DNA of 64,000 nucleotides, from positions 30,383 to 94,382 of the forward strand of contig DATLGL010000047.1 in the NCBI GenBank assembly GCA_035540495.1. The letters are read 5' to 3'. This stretch comes from Acidimicrobiales bacterium (GTDB taxonomy: Bacteria > Actinomycetota > Acidimicrobiia > Acidimicrobiales > CADCTF01). Of the stretch, positions 9,330-18,938 are shown piece by piece; position 1 is the first letter of the stretch; every line of letters starts with the position of its first letter. Made by a program: the position numbers and the translations under genes. Under the pieces are notes generated by a model, which saw only the letters and a program-made list of their open reading frames with translations, had not been told where the DNA came from and did not search any database.

Positions 9330-10736
9330 ATGGCCGAACAGTTCGATGTCGTCGTGATCGGAGGCGGTCCAGGAGGCTACGCGGCCGCGTTGTACGGCGC
9401 AGCCGCTGGGCTCAACATCGCCGTCGTCGAGAAGGACAAGGTCGGCGGCACCTGCCTCCACCGGGGATGCATCCCGGCGAAGGAGTTCCTCGAGACCGCG
9501 TCGACGTACCGCCACGTCGCCGGCGCGAAGGAGTTCGGGATCACAACCGACGCCCCGCAGCTCGACTTCGGCGTGAGCCAGGCGCGCAAGCAGAAGGTCG
9601 TCGACCAGCTGTGGAAGGGCCTGTCCGGCCTGATGAAGCGGCGCAAGATCACGACGATCCACGGCACCGGTCAGTACGTGGGCCGGGGCACCGTCAAGGT
9701 CTCCGACGGCACCGAGCTCAAGGGGACGAACGTCATCCTCGCTGCGGGCTCGGTGCCTCGCACCATCCCCGGCTTCGAGATCGACGGCAAGACGATCATC
9801 ACGAGCGACGAGTTCCTGATGCTCGAGAAGATGCCCGCTACCGCGGCCGTGATCGGTGGTGGTGCGATCGGCTGCGAGTTCGCCTCGACGATGTCTGACC
9901 TCGGCGTGAAGGTGACGATCCTCGAGGGGCTGCCGAAGATCCTTCCGGGGTGCGACAAGGAAGTCGCCGACGTCGTCGTGAAGTCGTTCAAGAAGCGCGG
10001 CATCGACATCCGCACGAGCGCGCAGGTGAAAGGTCACACGCCGAAGGGTGACGGCGGCACGACCGTCGAGTTCGGCGAGGGAGAGTCGCTCGACGTCGAC
10101 GTGGTCGTCGTGTCGGTGGGCCGGCGCCCGAACTCGGACGGACTGCTCGGCGACGGCACCGCGGTCGAGGTCGACGAGCGTGGCTTCGTCCGCACCGACG
10201 AGTGGCTGCGCACGGGCGAGGAGAACGTCTACGCGGTCGGCGACCTCATCTCGACCGGCACCGGCGTCCACCCTGCCCTCGCCCACGTCGGCTTCGCCGA
10301 GGGCATCCAGGTCATCAAGACGATCCTGAACGAGAAGACGGTACCGGTCGACTACGGCAAGGTCCCGTGGTGCATCTACACGTACCCGGAGGTCGCCTTC
10401 GCCGGGTACTCGGAAGAGGCGGCGAAGGAGGCCGGCCTCGACGTCGTCGTGAAGAAGGACCCGTTCATCGGCAACGGCCGGGCGCTCATCCTCGGCGAGC
10501 CGGAGGGCATGGTGAAGGTCATCGCCGAGAAGCGACCGGACGGGAAGGCGGGCACCATCCTCGGTGTTCACATGGTCGGACCGTGGGTCACCGAACAGCT
10601 CGGGATGGCGTACCTGTCGGTGAACTGGGAGGCGACCGTCGAAGAGGTCGCGCAGTTCATCCAGCCGCACCCGACGCTGTCGGAGGTGTTCGGAGAGACG
10701 GTGCTCGCGCTCACCGGCCGCGGGCTTCACACCTGA
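9330..10736 (+). CDS. lpdA: Dihydrolipoyl dehydrogenase (E3)
   Basis: FAD motif 'VVVIGGGPGGY', redox-active disulfide 'GGTCLHRGCIPAK', C-terminal dimerisation region with HPT motif. Adjacent to the E2 gene. Confidence 0.92.
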   Translation: MAEQFDVVVIGGGPGGYAAALYGAAAGLNIAVVEKDKVGGTCLHRGCIPAKEFLETASTYRHVAGAKEFGITTDAPQLDFGVSQARKQKVVDQLWKGLSGLMKRRKITTIHGTGQYVGRGTVKVSDGTELKGTNVILAAGSVPRTIPGFEIDGKTIITSDEFLMLEKMPATAAVIGGGAIGCEFASTMSDLGVKVTILEGLPKILPGCDKEVADVVVKSFKKRGIDIRTSAQVKGHTPKGDGGTTVEFGEGESLDVDVVVVSVGRRPNSDGLLGDGTAVEVDERGFVRTDEWLRTGEENVYAVGDLISTGTGVHPALAHVGFAEGIQVIKTILNEKTVPVDYGKVPWCIYTYPEVAFAGYSEEAAKEAGLDVVVKKDPFIGNGRALILGEPEGMVKVIAEKRPDGKAGTILGVHMVGPWVTEQLGMAYLSVNWEATVEEVAQFIQPHPTLSEVFGETVLALTGRGLHT

Positions 10737-10753
10737 GGAGCTGAGGCACAGAC

Positions 10754-12274
10754 ATGGCCGAGATCACGATGCCCCAGCTGGGCGAGACCGTCACCGAAGG
10801 CACCATCACCAAGTGGCTGAAGAGCGTCGGTGACCGCGTCGAGGAAGACGAGGTCATCTACGAGGTGTCGACCGACAAGGTCGACTCGGAGGTGCCCTCG
10901 CCGGTCGCGGGGTACCTGGCCGAGATCAAGGTTCCCGAAGGCGAGACGGCCGAGGTCGGTGCCGTGCTCGCGGTACTGAGCGACTCGCCGCCCGACGGCG
11001 CCGCGGGCAGCGGCGGCGACGCTGAGCCTGCCTCCGCCGGCGAAGCCGCTGCTCCTGCCGACGGCTCCGGCGGCGGCGATCCCGAACCAACGGAAGGAAC
11101 CGACGTCCCCGCGGGAGGCGGCAACGCCCCCGACCCGACGGGCGCCGCTCAGGCCGAGTCCGTCCAGCCGGAGACGCCGACGGAGCAGCCTGCGCCCACG
11201 CCTTCGGCCGACGCCACGCAGGCACCAGCCGGCGCGCCTCCCGCGTCAGCCGACGGCGACTCCATGCTGTTGTCGCCCGTCGTGCGCCGGTTGATCGCCG
11301 AGCACAACATCGACCCGTCGCAGATCAAGGGGACGGGCACCGGCGGGCGCATCACCCGCAACGACGTGCTCGCCGTCGTCGAAGGCGGCGGAGCCGCGGC
11401 AGCCGCGCAACAGAGCGCCACACCACCGCAGCAGCAGACACCGGCACCCGCCGGTCAGGCAGCGCTCGCGCCCGGTGCGTCCGCGCCGGCCGCGTCTGCG
11501 TCGGGCGCGTCCGCCGCGGCGACCGCGCGCCAGGCACCGTCGGTCGCAGCCACCGCGGGCGATCGCGACGAGGTGGTCCCCTTCTCCAACATCCGCAAGC
11601 GGACCGCCGAGCACATGGTGCGCTCGCTCGCGACGTCCGCGCACACGCTCGTCGTGATCGAGGTCGACTACCAGAACGTCGCCAAGGTGCGGAACGCCGA
11701 GAAGGACACCTTCAAAGCCGCCGAAGGGATCAGCCTCAACTACCTCCCGTTCATCGCGCGGGCGGTTGTGGACGCGATCCGCGAGTTCCCCCACGTCAAC
11801 GCCTCGGTCGGCGACGGCGAGCTGATCGTCCACCACTACGTGAACCTCGGCGTGGCGGTCGACCTGAACTTCCAGGGCCTCATCGTCCCGGTCGTGCAGG
11901 ACGCTGACGGCAAGCGGCTGCGGGCGATCGCTCGCGAGATCGCCGACCTCGCGAACCGGGCGAGGGCGAAGAAGCTCGGCGCCGACGACATCGCGGGCGG
12001 GACCTTCACCCTCACGAACGCCGGGCCCTTCGGCACGCTGATCACCGCGCCCGTGATCAACCAGCCTCAGGTCGCGATCCTCGCGACGGACGGCGTGAAG
12101 CCGCGGCCCGTCGCGATACCGCTGCCGGACGGTAGCTACGGCATCGCGGTGCACCCGGTCGGCAACCTCGCGCTCTCGTTCGACCACCGCGCCTACGACG
12201 GCGCGTACGCGTCAGCGTTCCTCGCCAAGGTCAAGGAGATCCTCGAGACGCGCGACTGGTCGTCGGAGCTCTGA
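10754..12274 (+). CDS. sucB: 2-oxoacid dehydrogenase E2 dihydrolipoamide acyl(succinyl)transferase
   Basis: N-terminal lipoyl domain ('EVSTDKVDSEVPSP'), long Ala/Pro linkers, E3-binding domain ('SPVVRRLIAEHNIDPSQIKGTGTGGRITRNDV'), catalytic 'SFDHRAYDG'. Confidence 0.9.
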   Translation: MAEITMPQLGETVTEGTITKWLKSVGDRVEEDEVIYEVSTDKVDSEVPSPVAGYLAEIKVPEGETAEVGAVLAVLSDSPPDGAAGSGGDAEPASAGEAAAPADGSGGGDPEPTEGTDVPAGGGNAPDPTGAAQAESVQPETPTEQPAPTPSADATQAPAGAPPASADGDSMLLSPVVRRLIAEHNIDPSQIKGTGTGGRITRNDVLAVVEGGGAAAAAQQSATPPQQQTPAPAGQAALAPGASAPAASASGASAAATARQAPSVAATAGDRDEVVPFSNIRKRTAEHMVRSLATSAHTLVVIEVDYQNVAKVRNAEKDTFKAAEGISLNYLPFIARAVVDAIREFPHVNASVGDGELIVHHYVNLGVAVDLNFQGLIVPVVQDADGKRLRAIAREIADLANRARAKKLGADDIAGGTFTLTNAGPFGTLITAPVINQPQVAILATDGVKPRPVAIPLPDGSYGIAVHPVGNLALSFDHRAYDGAYASAFLAKVKEILETRDWSSEL

Positions 12275-12280
12275 GCCGAC

Positions 12281-13903
12281 GTGACGCTCCGCGTGCGGTG
12301 GCTCGGGCGGGTCCGCTACCGCGACGCGCATGCGCTGCAGCACGCGCTGTTCGCTCGGTCGTCCGACGACCACCTGCTCCTGCTGGAGCACCCGCACGTG
12401 TACACGATGGGTGTGCGGGCGAAGCGCGAGCACGTGCTCGTCGACCCTGCGTCCGTCGGTGCCGAGATCGTCTCGACCGATCGCGGCGGTGATGTCACCT
12501 ATCACGGGCCGGGGCAGCTGGTCGGCTACCCCATCGTCTCCGTACCGCTGGCGCCCGACGCCACGCCTCGCTACGTCCACTCGATCGAGCAGCTGATCAT
12601 CGACGTGCTGGCCGATCTCGGCCTGCCGGGTGCTTCACGGCTCGACGGCTATCCCGGCGTGTGGATCGGTGATCGGAAGATCGCGGCCATCGGCGTGCGG
12701 CTCTCGCGGGGCCGGTCGATGCACGGCTTCGCGCTCAACGTCGACCCCGACCTGTCGATGTTCGGCCACATCGTGCCGTGCGGCATCCCCGACAAGACCG
12801 TCACGTCGATGGCGGCCGAGGGCGTGGGCGCGCCGATGCGTGAGGTTGTCGACGCCGTCGTCGCTCGGGCCGCTTCGCTGTGGGGCCGTGACGGTGTCGA
12901 GCGTCATGACTCCGCGTGGACCGTTCGCAACGAAGATCTCGCGATGTTCACGCGCGGAGCCGGGGCCGGCGCGACGGTGACCGAGCAGCCGGTCCGCCTC
13001 CTCGGGCGCCTCGCCGCTGCAGGTGTCGACTCGTCGACGGCCCTCGCGATCAACGAACGCAAACCCGAGTGGCTCCGGGTGAAGGCGAACATGGGGCCCG
13101 AGTACCGACGGCTCAAGTCGACCATGCGGTCGAACGAGCTGGTGACGGTGTGCGAAGAGGCGGGTTGCCCCAACATCTTCGACTGCTGGAACGCCGGCAC
13201 CGCGACCTTCATGATCAACGGCGAGCGGTGCACCCGGGCGTGTGGGTTCTGCCTCGTCGACACGCGAAAGCCGGAGGCGCTCGACGCTGCCGAGCCGGAG
13301 CGGGTCGCCTCTGCGGTCGAGTCGATGGGCCTGCGCCACGCGGTGGTCACCGCGGTCGCTCGAGACGATCTCTCCGACGGTGGCGCGGGCGCGTTCGCCG
13401 CGACCGTCGCCGCCATCCGGCGCCGCACGCCGGACGTGACCGTCGAGGTGCTGATCTCCGACTGCAAGGGGGATCCCGACGCGCTGCAGATGATCTTCGA
13501 CAGCCGTCCCGACGTGTTGAACCACAACATCGAGACGGTGCTGCGGCTGCAGCGGGCGGTGCGTCCCTCGGCGTCGTACGCACGCTCGCTCGCGGTGCTG
13601 GCCCGAGCCAAGGCGGCGGGGCTGACCACCAAGTCCGGGATCATCCTCGGGATGGGCGAGACGGAGGACGAGGTCATCGGGGCGCTGGCCGATCTGCGGA
13701 GCACCGGCGTCGACATCGTCACCATCGGCCAGTACCTCCGGCCGACCGCGCATCACCTCCCTGTGGCGCGGTGGTGGACGCCCGACGAGTTCGACTCGTT
13801 GCGGGTCGTCGCGCAGTCGATGGGCTTCGCCCACGTCGAGGCGTCACCGCTGACGCGGTCGAGCTACCACGCGGGCGACGCGATCAGCGCGACCCGCGTC
13901 TAA
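12281..13903 (+). CDS. lipB/lipA: Fused octanoyltransferase LipB / lipoyl synthase LipA (single 540-codon ORF)
   Basis: Residues 1 to about 215 are LipB-like ('LLLLEHPHVYTMG', 'TDRGGDVTYHGPGQLVGYPI'). From about 245 it is LipA-like ('RKPEWLRVK', 'CEEAGCPNIFDCW', radical-SAM 'CTRACGFC', 'RSSYHAG'). No stop codon lies between them. Possible internal starts: ATG 12944, GTG 12977. Confidence 0.85.
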   Translation: MTLRVRWLGRVRYRDAHALQHALFARSSDDHLLLLEHPHVYTMGVRAKREHVLVDPASVGAEIVSTDRGGDVTYHGPGQLVGYPIVSVPLAPDATPRYVHSIEQLIIDVLADLGLPGASRLDGYPGVWIGDRKIAAIGVRLSRGRSMHGFALNVDPDLSMFGHIVPCGIPDKTVTSMAAEGVGAPMREVVDAVVARAASLWGRDGVERHDSAWTVRNEDLAMFTRGAGAGATVTEQPVRLLGRLAAAGVDSSTALAINERKPEWLRVKANMGPEYRRLKSTMRSNELVTVCEEAGCPNIFDCWNAGTATFMINGERCTRACGFCLVDTRKPEALDAAEPERVASAVESMGLRHAVVTAVARDDLSDGGAGAFAATVAAIRRRTPDVTVEVLISDCKGDPDALQMIFDSRPDVLNHNIETVLRLQRAVRPSASYARSLAVLARAKAAGLTTKSGIILGMGETEDEVIGALADLRSTGVDIVTIGQYLRPTAHHLPVARWWTPDEFDSLRVVAQSMGFAHVEASPLTRSSYHAGDAISATRV

Positions 13904-14385
13904 TCGGCCAGCTGCGGGCGAGGCTTCCCCGGGGCCACCGTCCGGGCGAGGATGCCTAGCGTCGCGCGCAGCGCCGTCTCGGAGATGACCGGGAAGATGT
14001 TCGCGTCACGCCACTTCTGGTCGATGCGTGACCAGTCGTAGTACGACGTCGCCAGCGTGCCCGCTTCGATCGGCTCGAGCCGGTAGCCGTAGACGTGACC
14101 GATCTCGAGCTGACCCTTGATCGCCCACGCGATCTCGCGGTCCTGCTCGAACGTCACGATCTCGACGACGACGTCGTACAGACCCAACGGGTAGTCGTTC
14201 AGCGCCTCGCGGTCCATGTGGACCGTGAACCGGTCGCCGACCGCGCGCACGGGTTCGCCCGTGGCCGCCATCAGCATCCCCGAGCTGTCGATGGCGACGT
14301 GGCCCTGCGGGTCGCACAGCACGCGGAAGATGTCGGCGGGCGGGGCGGCGATGGCCCTCGCCACCTCGATGCGTTCGTCGGCCAT
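13900..14385 (-). CDS. SRPBCC (polyketide cyclase/START-like) family protein
   Basis: Taken from internal ATG 14385 ('MADERIEVARAIAAPPADIFRVL..'), a typical SRPBCC N-terminus. The track ORF extends further upstream into the ppc 3' end. Confidence 0.65.
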   Translation of the reverse strand: MADERIEVARAIAAPPADIFRVLCDPQGHVAIDSSGMLMAATGEPVRAVGDRFTVHMDREALNDYPLGLYDVVVEIVTFEQDREIAWAIKGQLEIGHVYGYRLEPIEAGTLATSYYDWSRIDQKWRDANIFPVISETALRATLGILARTVAPGKPRPQLAD

Positions 14386-14410
14386 CGGCCGAGTCTGCCC
14401 GGTCAGCCGC

Positions 14411-17065
14411 TCATCCGGTGTTCTGCAGCCCTGCCGCGACCCCGTTGAGCGTGCGCAACAGCTGACGCTCGACGTCGGGATCGGCGCCCTCGGTTCGGAG
14501 CTGACGCAGCGCGCGCAGCTGGAGGTACGACAGCCCGTTGGTGGCACCGGCCCGCAAGCGGATGCCGTCACGCCGCCGTTGGAACCGGGACAGCAGCTCC
14601 TCCTGTTCGGTGACGGCGAGGATCATCCGCTCGGTCCGATCCCGCTCTTCGACCACCTTCGCCACGAGTCCGCCGCGGTCCGAGAGCGCGAGGAACCGAG
14701 CGCCGAGGGCGCGGTCGGTCTTCGCCAGCGACATCTCCGCGGTGTCGATGAGCATGGCCAGCAGCGGCCACTCCTCCCGGGCACGGCGTAGGTCTTCGAT
14801 CGAACCGGCGGCTTCGAGGCCCGTGCCGAGTCCGTACCAACTCGTGAGGTTCAGGCGGGCCTGCGACCACGCGAACACCCAGGGGATGGCGCGGAGGTCG
14901 GCCAGGTCGCGCCCCGTCATCGCTCCCTGGCGCTTCGGTGGACGTGATCCGAGGCGCAGGTGGCCGATCTCGTCGAGCGGCGTCACCTCGGCCACGAAGT
15001 CGGCGAAGCCTTCGGTGCCGACGAGGTCGAGCCACGCCCGCCGAGCCGCCTCCTCCAGTCGCCGTCCGACGCCGGCGAACTTGGTCGCCGCCGCCTCGTT
15101 GCGTGCCGCGTTCTCGTCGGTCGCCGCTTGCAGCACGGCTGCGGTGAGCCGCTCGAGATGACGCTGGCCGATCGTGGCGTTGCCGTAACGGGCTGCGATC
15201 ACCTCGCCTTGTTCGGTTGCCTTCCACCGTCCGGCGACCGAGCCCGGCGGCTGGGCGAGGATCGCTCGGTGGACGGGACCCCCGCCGCGGCTGAGCGATC
15301 CGCCGCGGCCGTGGAAGAGCGTGAGGCGGATGCCGCGATCGACGGCCCATCGGGTGAGCTCGGCCTGCGCGTCGTAGAGAGTGAGGGTGGCGCTGGCCGG
15401 GCCCACGTCCTTCGCCGAGTCGGAGTAGCCGACCATGACCTCGAGAGAGCCGCCGCTTTCGGCCAGCTGGCGCTGAGCCGACGGGAGATCGATCCACTCG
15501 TCGAGCACGGCGGTCGCGCCGCGGAGGTCGTCGTAGGTCTCGAACAGCGGGACGGCCGTGATGCGCAGGTCGTCGGCATCGACCGCCAGCCGGGCCAGCG
15601 CGTGGACCGATGCGAGGTCAGCCGCGCTCTGGGTGAACGACACAACGTAGCGCCCGCACGCGCGGCGTCCCCACCGGCGCTGGATCTCGGCCATCACCCG
15701 GAACACCGCCAGCGTCTCGAGCGCCTGCTCTCCCTCCGCCACCGTGTCAGCGGGCCAGCCGTCGGTGGCGAGGCGGTCGATCTGCTCGGCGTTCGTGCGA
15801 CCGGCCGAGTCGATGCCGGCTGCGTCGAGGAGCTCGTTCAGCACACCGGCGTGCACCCGCGAGTGCTGTCGCACCTCGAGCTCGGCGAGATGGAAGCCGA
15901 ACGTCTCCACCTGCCAGATCAGGTGCTGCAACTCGCCATACGCGACACGGGCCGCGCCGGCGGTCGCGAGTGACTCCTGCACCAACCGGAGCGCCTCGAG
16001 CAGCTCGTCGGGCGCCCGGTACCCGAGGTCGGCATCGCGTCGTCGCGTTGCCGCGACGCGCGCCGCGACCACGAGCATCTTCTGGCGGTGGGGCTCGCTC
16101 GGCGACGCCGCCCGTATGTCGCGGATGAGCTCGGGCCACGCCGCGGTGTCCATGTCGACACGGCGACGGAGTGCCGGGCTGGGCGGCGTCGCCTGCTCGT
16201 CGAGGGTGAGGGTGCGCGCGATGCGGTACGCCGCTCCCTCGAGGATCCGCAGCGCCGTGTCGGCGTAGAGCTCCGCGGCCTGCAGCGTGACGTCCGCGGT
16301 GACGAACGGGTTGCCGTCGCGGTCGCCGCCGACCCACGAGCCGAATCGGATGAAGGCGGGAACCGGAGGCGCGGACGTGCCTGGAACGTCGTCGCTGATC
16401 GCGCCTTCGGTCGAGCGGTACACCCTGGGCACGATCCGCGCGAGGCTCTGCTCGAAGACCGGCACGAGCGTGCGGACCTCGTCGAGCGGTCCTGGCCGGG
16501 TCTCCCGCAGCGCCTCCGTCCGCCAGAGGATCTCGACCTCTTCGCCGACGCGGCGCTCGGCCACTCGGCGCTCGGCCGGACCGTGGCGCGGGTCGTCGAA
16601 GCGGTGCAACTGCTCGTCGATGCGGCGCAGCGCGGTCACGACCGCGCGCCGTCTCGCCTCCGTCGGGTGCGCGGTCAGTACCGGACGGAGCTCGAGGCCG
16701 GCCACCGCGTCGACCGCCGCGCTTCCGAGGGCGCGCAGATCCGGCCAGAGGATGTCGGTTGTCTGGCGAGGGGCAGCTTCCTCATGCCTGATTGCGGCTG
16801 CGTGCTCGCGCTCGTCGACGAGGTTGACGAGGTGCAGGTAGACCGCGAGATACCGGGCCACGGACACCGCCGTGTCGTCGTCGAACGTGTCGACCAGCGC
16901 TGCCGCGGCGCCGGGATCCGCGAGTGCGCGCTGCTCGAGCTCGTGAGCCAGATCGACGATCTTCGAGCTCGCGGCGGCGGTCACGACGTCGTCGAGTGCC
17001 TTGGTGAGGAGCTCGAGCTCCGCCGCGGCGCTCACTCCTGGCGTCGGCGCCGGCGAAGAAGGCAT
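14411..17065 (-). CDS. ppc: Phosphoenolpyruvate carboxylase
   Basis: 'VGYSDSAKD', 'FHGRGGSLSRGGGP', and a C-terminus ending ..GLQNTG, the PEPC hallmarks. Confidence 0.95.
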   Translation of the reverse strand: MPSSPAPTPGVSAAAELELLTKALDDVVTAAASSKIVDLAHELEQRALADPGAAAALVDTFDDDTAVSVARYLAVYLHLVNLVDEREHAAAIRHEEAAPRQTTDILWPDLRALGSAAVDAVAGLELRPVLTAHPTEARRRAVVTALRRIDEQLHRFDDPRHGPAERRVAERRVGEEVEILWRTEALRETRPGPLDEVRTLVPVFEQSLARIVPRVYRSTEGAISDDVPGTSAPPVPAFIRFGSWVGGDRDGNPFVTADVTLQAAELYADTALRILEGAAYRIARTLTLDEQATPPSPALRRRVDMDTAAWPELIRDIRAASPSEPHRQKMLVVAARVAATRRRDADLGYRAPDELLEALRLVQESLATAGAARVAYGELQHLIWQVETFGFHLAELEVRQHSRVHAGVLNELLDAAGIDSAGRTNAEQIDRLATDGWPADTVAEGEQALETLAVFRVMAEIQRRWGRRACGRYVVSFTQSAADLASVHALARLAVDADDLRITAVPLFETYDDLRGATAVLDEWIDLPSAQRQLAESGGSLEVMVGYSDSAKDVGPASATLTLYDAQAELTRWAVDRGIRLTLFHGRGGSLSRGGGPVHRAILAQPPGSVAGRWKATEQGEVIAARYGNATIGQRHLERLTAAVLQAATDENAARNEAAATKFAGVGRRLEEAARRAWLDLVGTEGFADFVAEVTPLDEIGHLRLGSRPPKRQGAMTGRDLADLRAIPWVFAWSQARLNLTSWYGLGTGLEAAGSIEDLRRAREEWPLLAMLIDTAEMSLAKTDRALGARFLALSDRGGLVAKVVEERDRTERMILAVTEQEELLSRFQRRRDGIRLRAGATNGLSYLQLRALRQLRTEGADPDVERQLLRTLNGVAAGLQNTG

Positions 17066-17106
17066 GGGTCCATCCTGCCCAACCGGCCGCCCTACGCTCG
17101 ACGCCG

Positions 17107-18201
17107 ATGGCTGCCGATCGTCTCGCTCGCGTCCGCGCCCGCATGGAGGAGCTCGGCGTCGACGCGCTGCTCCTGTCGCTTGGCGCCGATCTCCCGTGGC
17201 TCACCGGCTACGCCGCCCACGAGTCGGAGCGGCTCACCATGTTCGTCGTCCCGCGTGACGGCGATCCGGCGATGGTCGTACCTGGTCTCGAGGCGCCGAA
17301 GGTCGCGTCGGTGTCGACGGTCGCTCTTCGTCCCTGGAGCGAGACGGAGGATCCGGTGAAGCTCGTCGCCGCGCTGGTCGGGCCGGCCGCACGTTCGGTC
17401 GCGATCTCCGACCGCACGTGGTCGACGTTCCTTCTCGGTCTCCAGGAGGCGATGCCAGCGGTGTCGTGGCTCGCGTCGTCGACGGTGACGTCGCCGCTGC
17501 GGGCTCGGAAGGACGCCGACGAGATCGAGGCGTTGCGCCGGGCCGCTGCCGCTGCTGACGTCGTCGCCGCATCGCTGCTCGGCGGTGAGATCCCGCTCAT
17601 CGGCCGGCGCGAGGTCGACGTCTCGCGAGAGATCGCTCAGCGGTTGCGCGACGAGGGGCACTCGCGGGTCGGCTTCTCGATCGTCGGCAGCGGTCCGAAC
17701 GGCGCCAGCCCGCACCACGACGCAAGCGACAAGGTGATCGGTGAAGGCGAGGCGATCGTCTGCGACTTCGGCGGGTGGTTCGAAGGCGGCTACTGCTCCG
17801 ACATCACCCGCACGGTCTTCACCGGCGACCCGCCGGCGGAGTTCGTCGAGTTGTACGAGGTGCTGCAGCGGGCGCAGGCCGCTGCCGTCGACGCTGCTGT
17901 CGTCGGCACGCCGTGCGAGGACGTCGACGGCGTCGCCCGCACGATCATCACCGACGCGGGATACGGCGAGTACTTCATCCACCGGACGGGTCACGGCATC
18001 GGGCTCGAGGGCCACGAGCACCCGTACCTCGTCAGCGGGAACGACGAACCGCTCGCGCCGGGTCATGCGTTCTCGATCGAACCCGGCATCTACATCCCCG
18101 GGCGGTGGGGCGCGCGGATCGAAGACATCGTCGTGGCCACGGACGCCGGTCCTGACTCGCTCAACCGCGCGAACCACGACCTGCACGTGGTGGAGGCATA
18201 G
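17107..18201 (+). CDS. M24 family Xaa-Pro dipeptidase/aminopeptidase
   Basis: Creatinase-like N-terminal domain plus M24 metal-ligand pattern ('CDFGG..', 'HRTGHGIGLEGHE', 'FSIEPGIY'). Confidence 0.85.
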   Translation: MAADRLARVRARMEELGVDALLLSLGADLPWLTGYAAHESERLTMFVVPRDGDPAMVVPGLEAPKVASVSTVALRPWSETEDPVKLVAALVGPAARSVAISDRTWSTFLLGLQEAMPAVSWLASSTVTSPLRARKDADEIEALRRAAAAADVVAASLLGGEIPLIGRREVDVSREIAQRLRDEGHSRVGFSIVGSGPNGASPHHDASDKVIGEGEAIVCDFGGWFEGGYCSDITRTVFTGDPPAEFVELYEVLQRAQAAAVDAAVVGTPCEDVDGVARTIITDAGYGEYFIHRTGHGIGLEGHEHPYLVSGNDEPLAPGHAFSIEPGIYIPGRWGARIEDIVVATDAGPDSLNRANHDLHVVEA

Positions 18202-18203
18202 CG

Positions 18204-18938
18204 ATGGATCTTGGCATCTCCGGACGCGTGGCCCTCGTGACAGCGTCGTCGAAGGGACTGGGGAAGGCGTCGGCTGTCGCGCTCGCGCAGGAAGGCTGCA
18301 AGGTCGTCATCTGCGCGCGAGGCGAGGAGGCGCTCGCCGCGGCCACCGAGGAGATCGGCGACACCGGCGCCGAGGTGCTGGCGATCGTCGACGACGTCAC
18401 CGACCCGGAGGCCCCTGCTCGTCTCGTGGCGTCGACGGTCGAGCACTTCGGGGCGATCGACATCGTCGTGGGGAACGCCGGTGGGCCGCCGCCCGGCCGT
18501 GCGCTCGACGTCACCGACGAGGGGCTCGACGCGGCCGTGAACGCGAACCTCGCGACGTCGGTGCGCCTCGCGCGTGAAGCCGTTCCGCACATGCGAGGCG
18601 GGGGCTGGGGACGCATCTGCTTCATCACCTCGTCGTCGGTCAAGCAACCGATCTCGACACTCGCGCTGTCGAACGTCGCCCGCACCGGACTGTGGGCGTG
18701 GGCGAAGACCGCAGCGCAGGATCTCTTCGCCGACGGCATCACCGTGAACCTCGCCTGCCCCGGATCGCACGACACCGACCGGATGAAGCAGCTGGTCGCA
18801 TCGGGTGCGTTCACCGGCCCCCTCGGTGACCCGTACGACTTCGGCAGGCTGGTCGCCTTCCTCTGCTCCGACGCGGCGAAGTTCATCTCGGGAGTCGCGG
18901 TGCAGGCCGACGGCGCCCGCACCGTAGGGCTTCTGTGA
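18204..18938 (+). CDS. SDR family oxidoreductase
   Basis: 'VTASSKGLGKA' Rossmann motif, 'NAGGPP', short-chain dehydrogenase length. Confidence 0.8.
   Translation: MDLGISGRVALVTASSKGLGKASAVALAQEGCKVVICARGEEALAAATEEIGDTGAEVLAIVDDVTDPEAPARLVASTVEHFGAIDIVVGNAGGPPPGRALDVTDEGLDAAVNANLATSVRLAREAVPHMRGGGWGRICFITSSSVKQPISTLALSNVARTGLWAWAKTAAQDLFADGITVNLACPGSHDTDRMKQLVASGAFTGPLGDPYDFGRLVAFLCSDAAKFISGVAVQADGARTVGLL

Noticed and set aside
10980-11560. Pro/Ala/Gly/Ser-rich low-complexity region in the E2 gene.
   Set aside because: These are normal flexible linkers between the lipoyl, E3-binding and catalytic domains of 2-oxoacid dehydrogenase E2 proteins.
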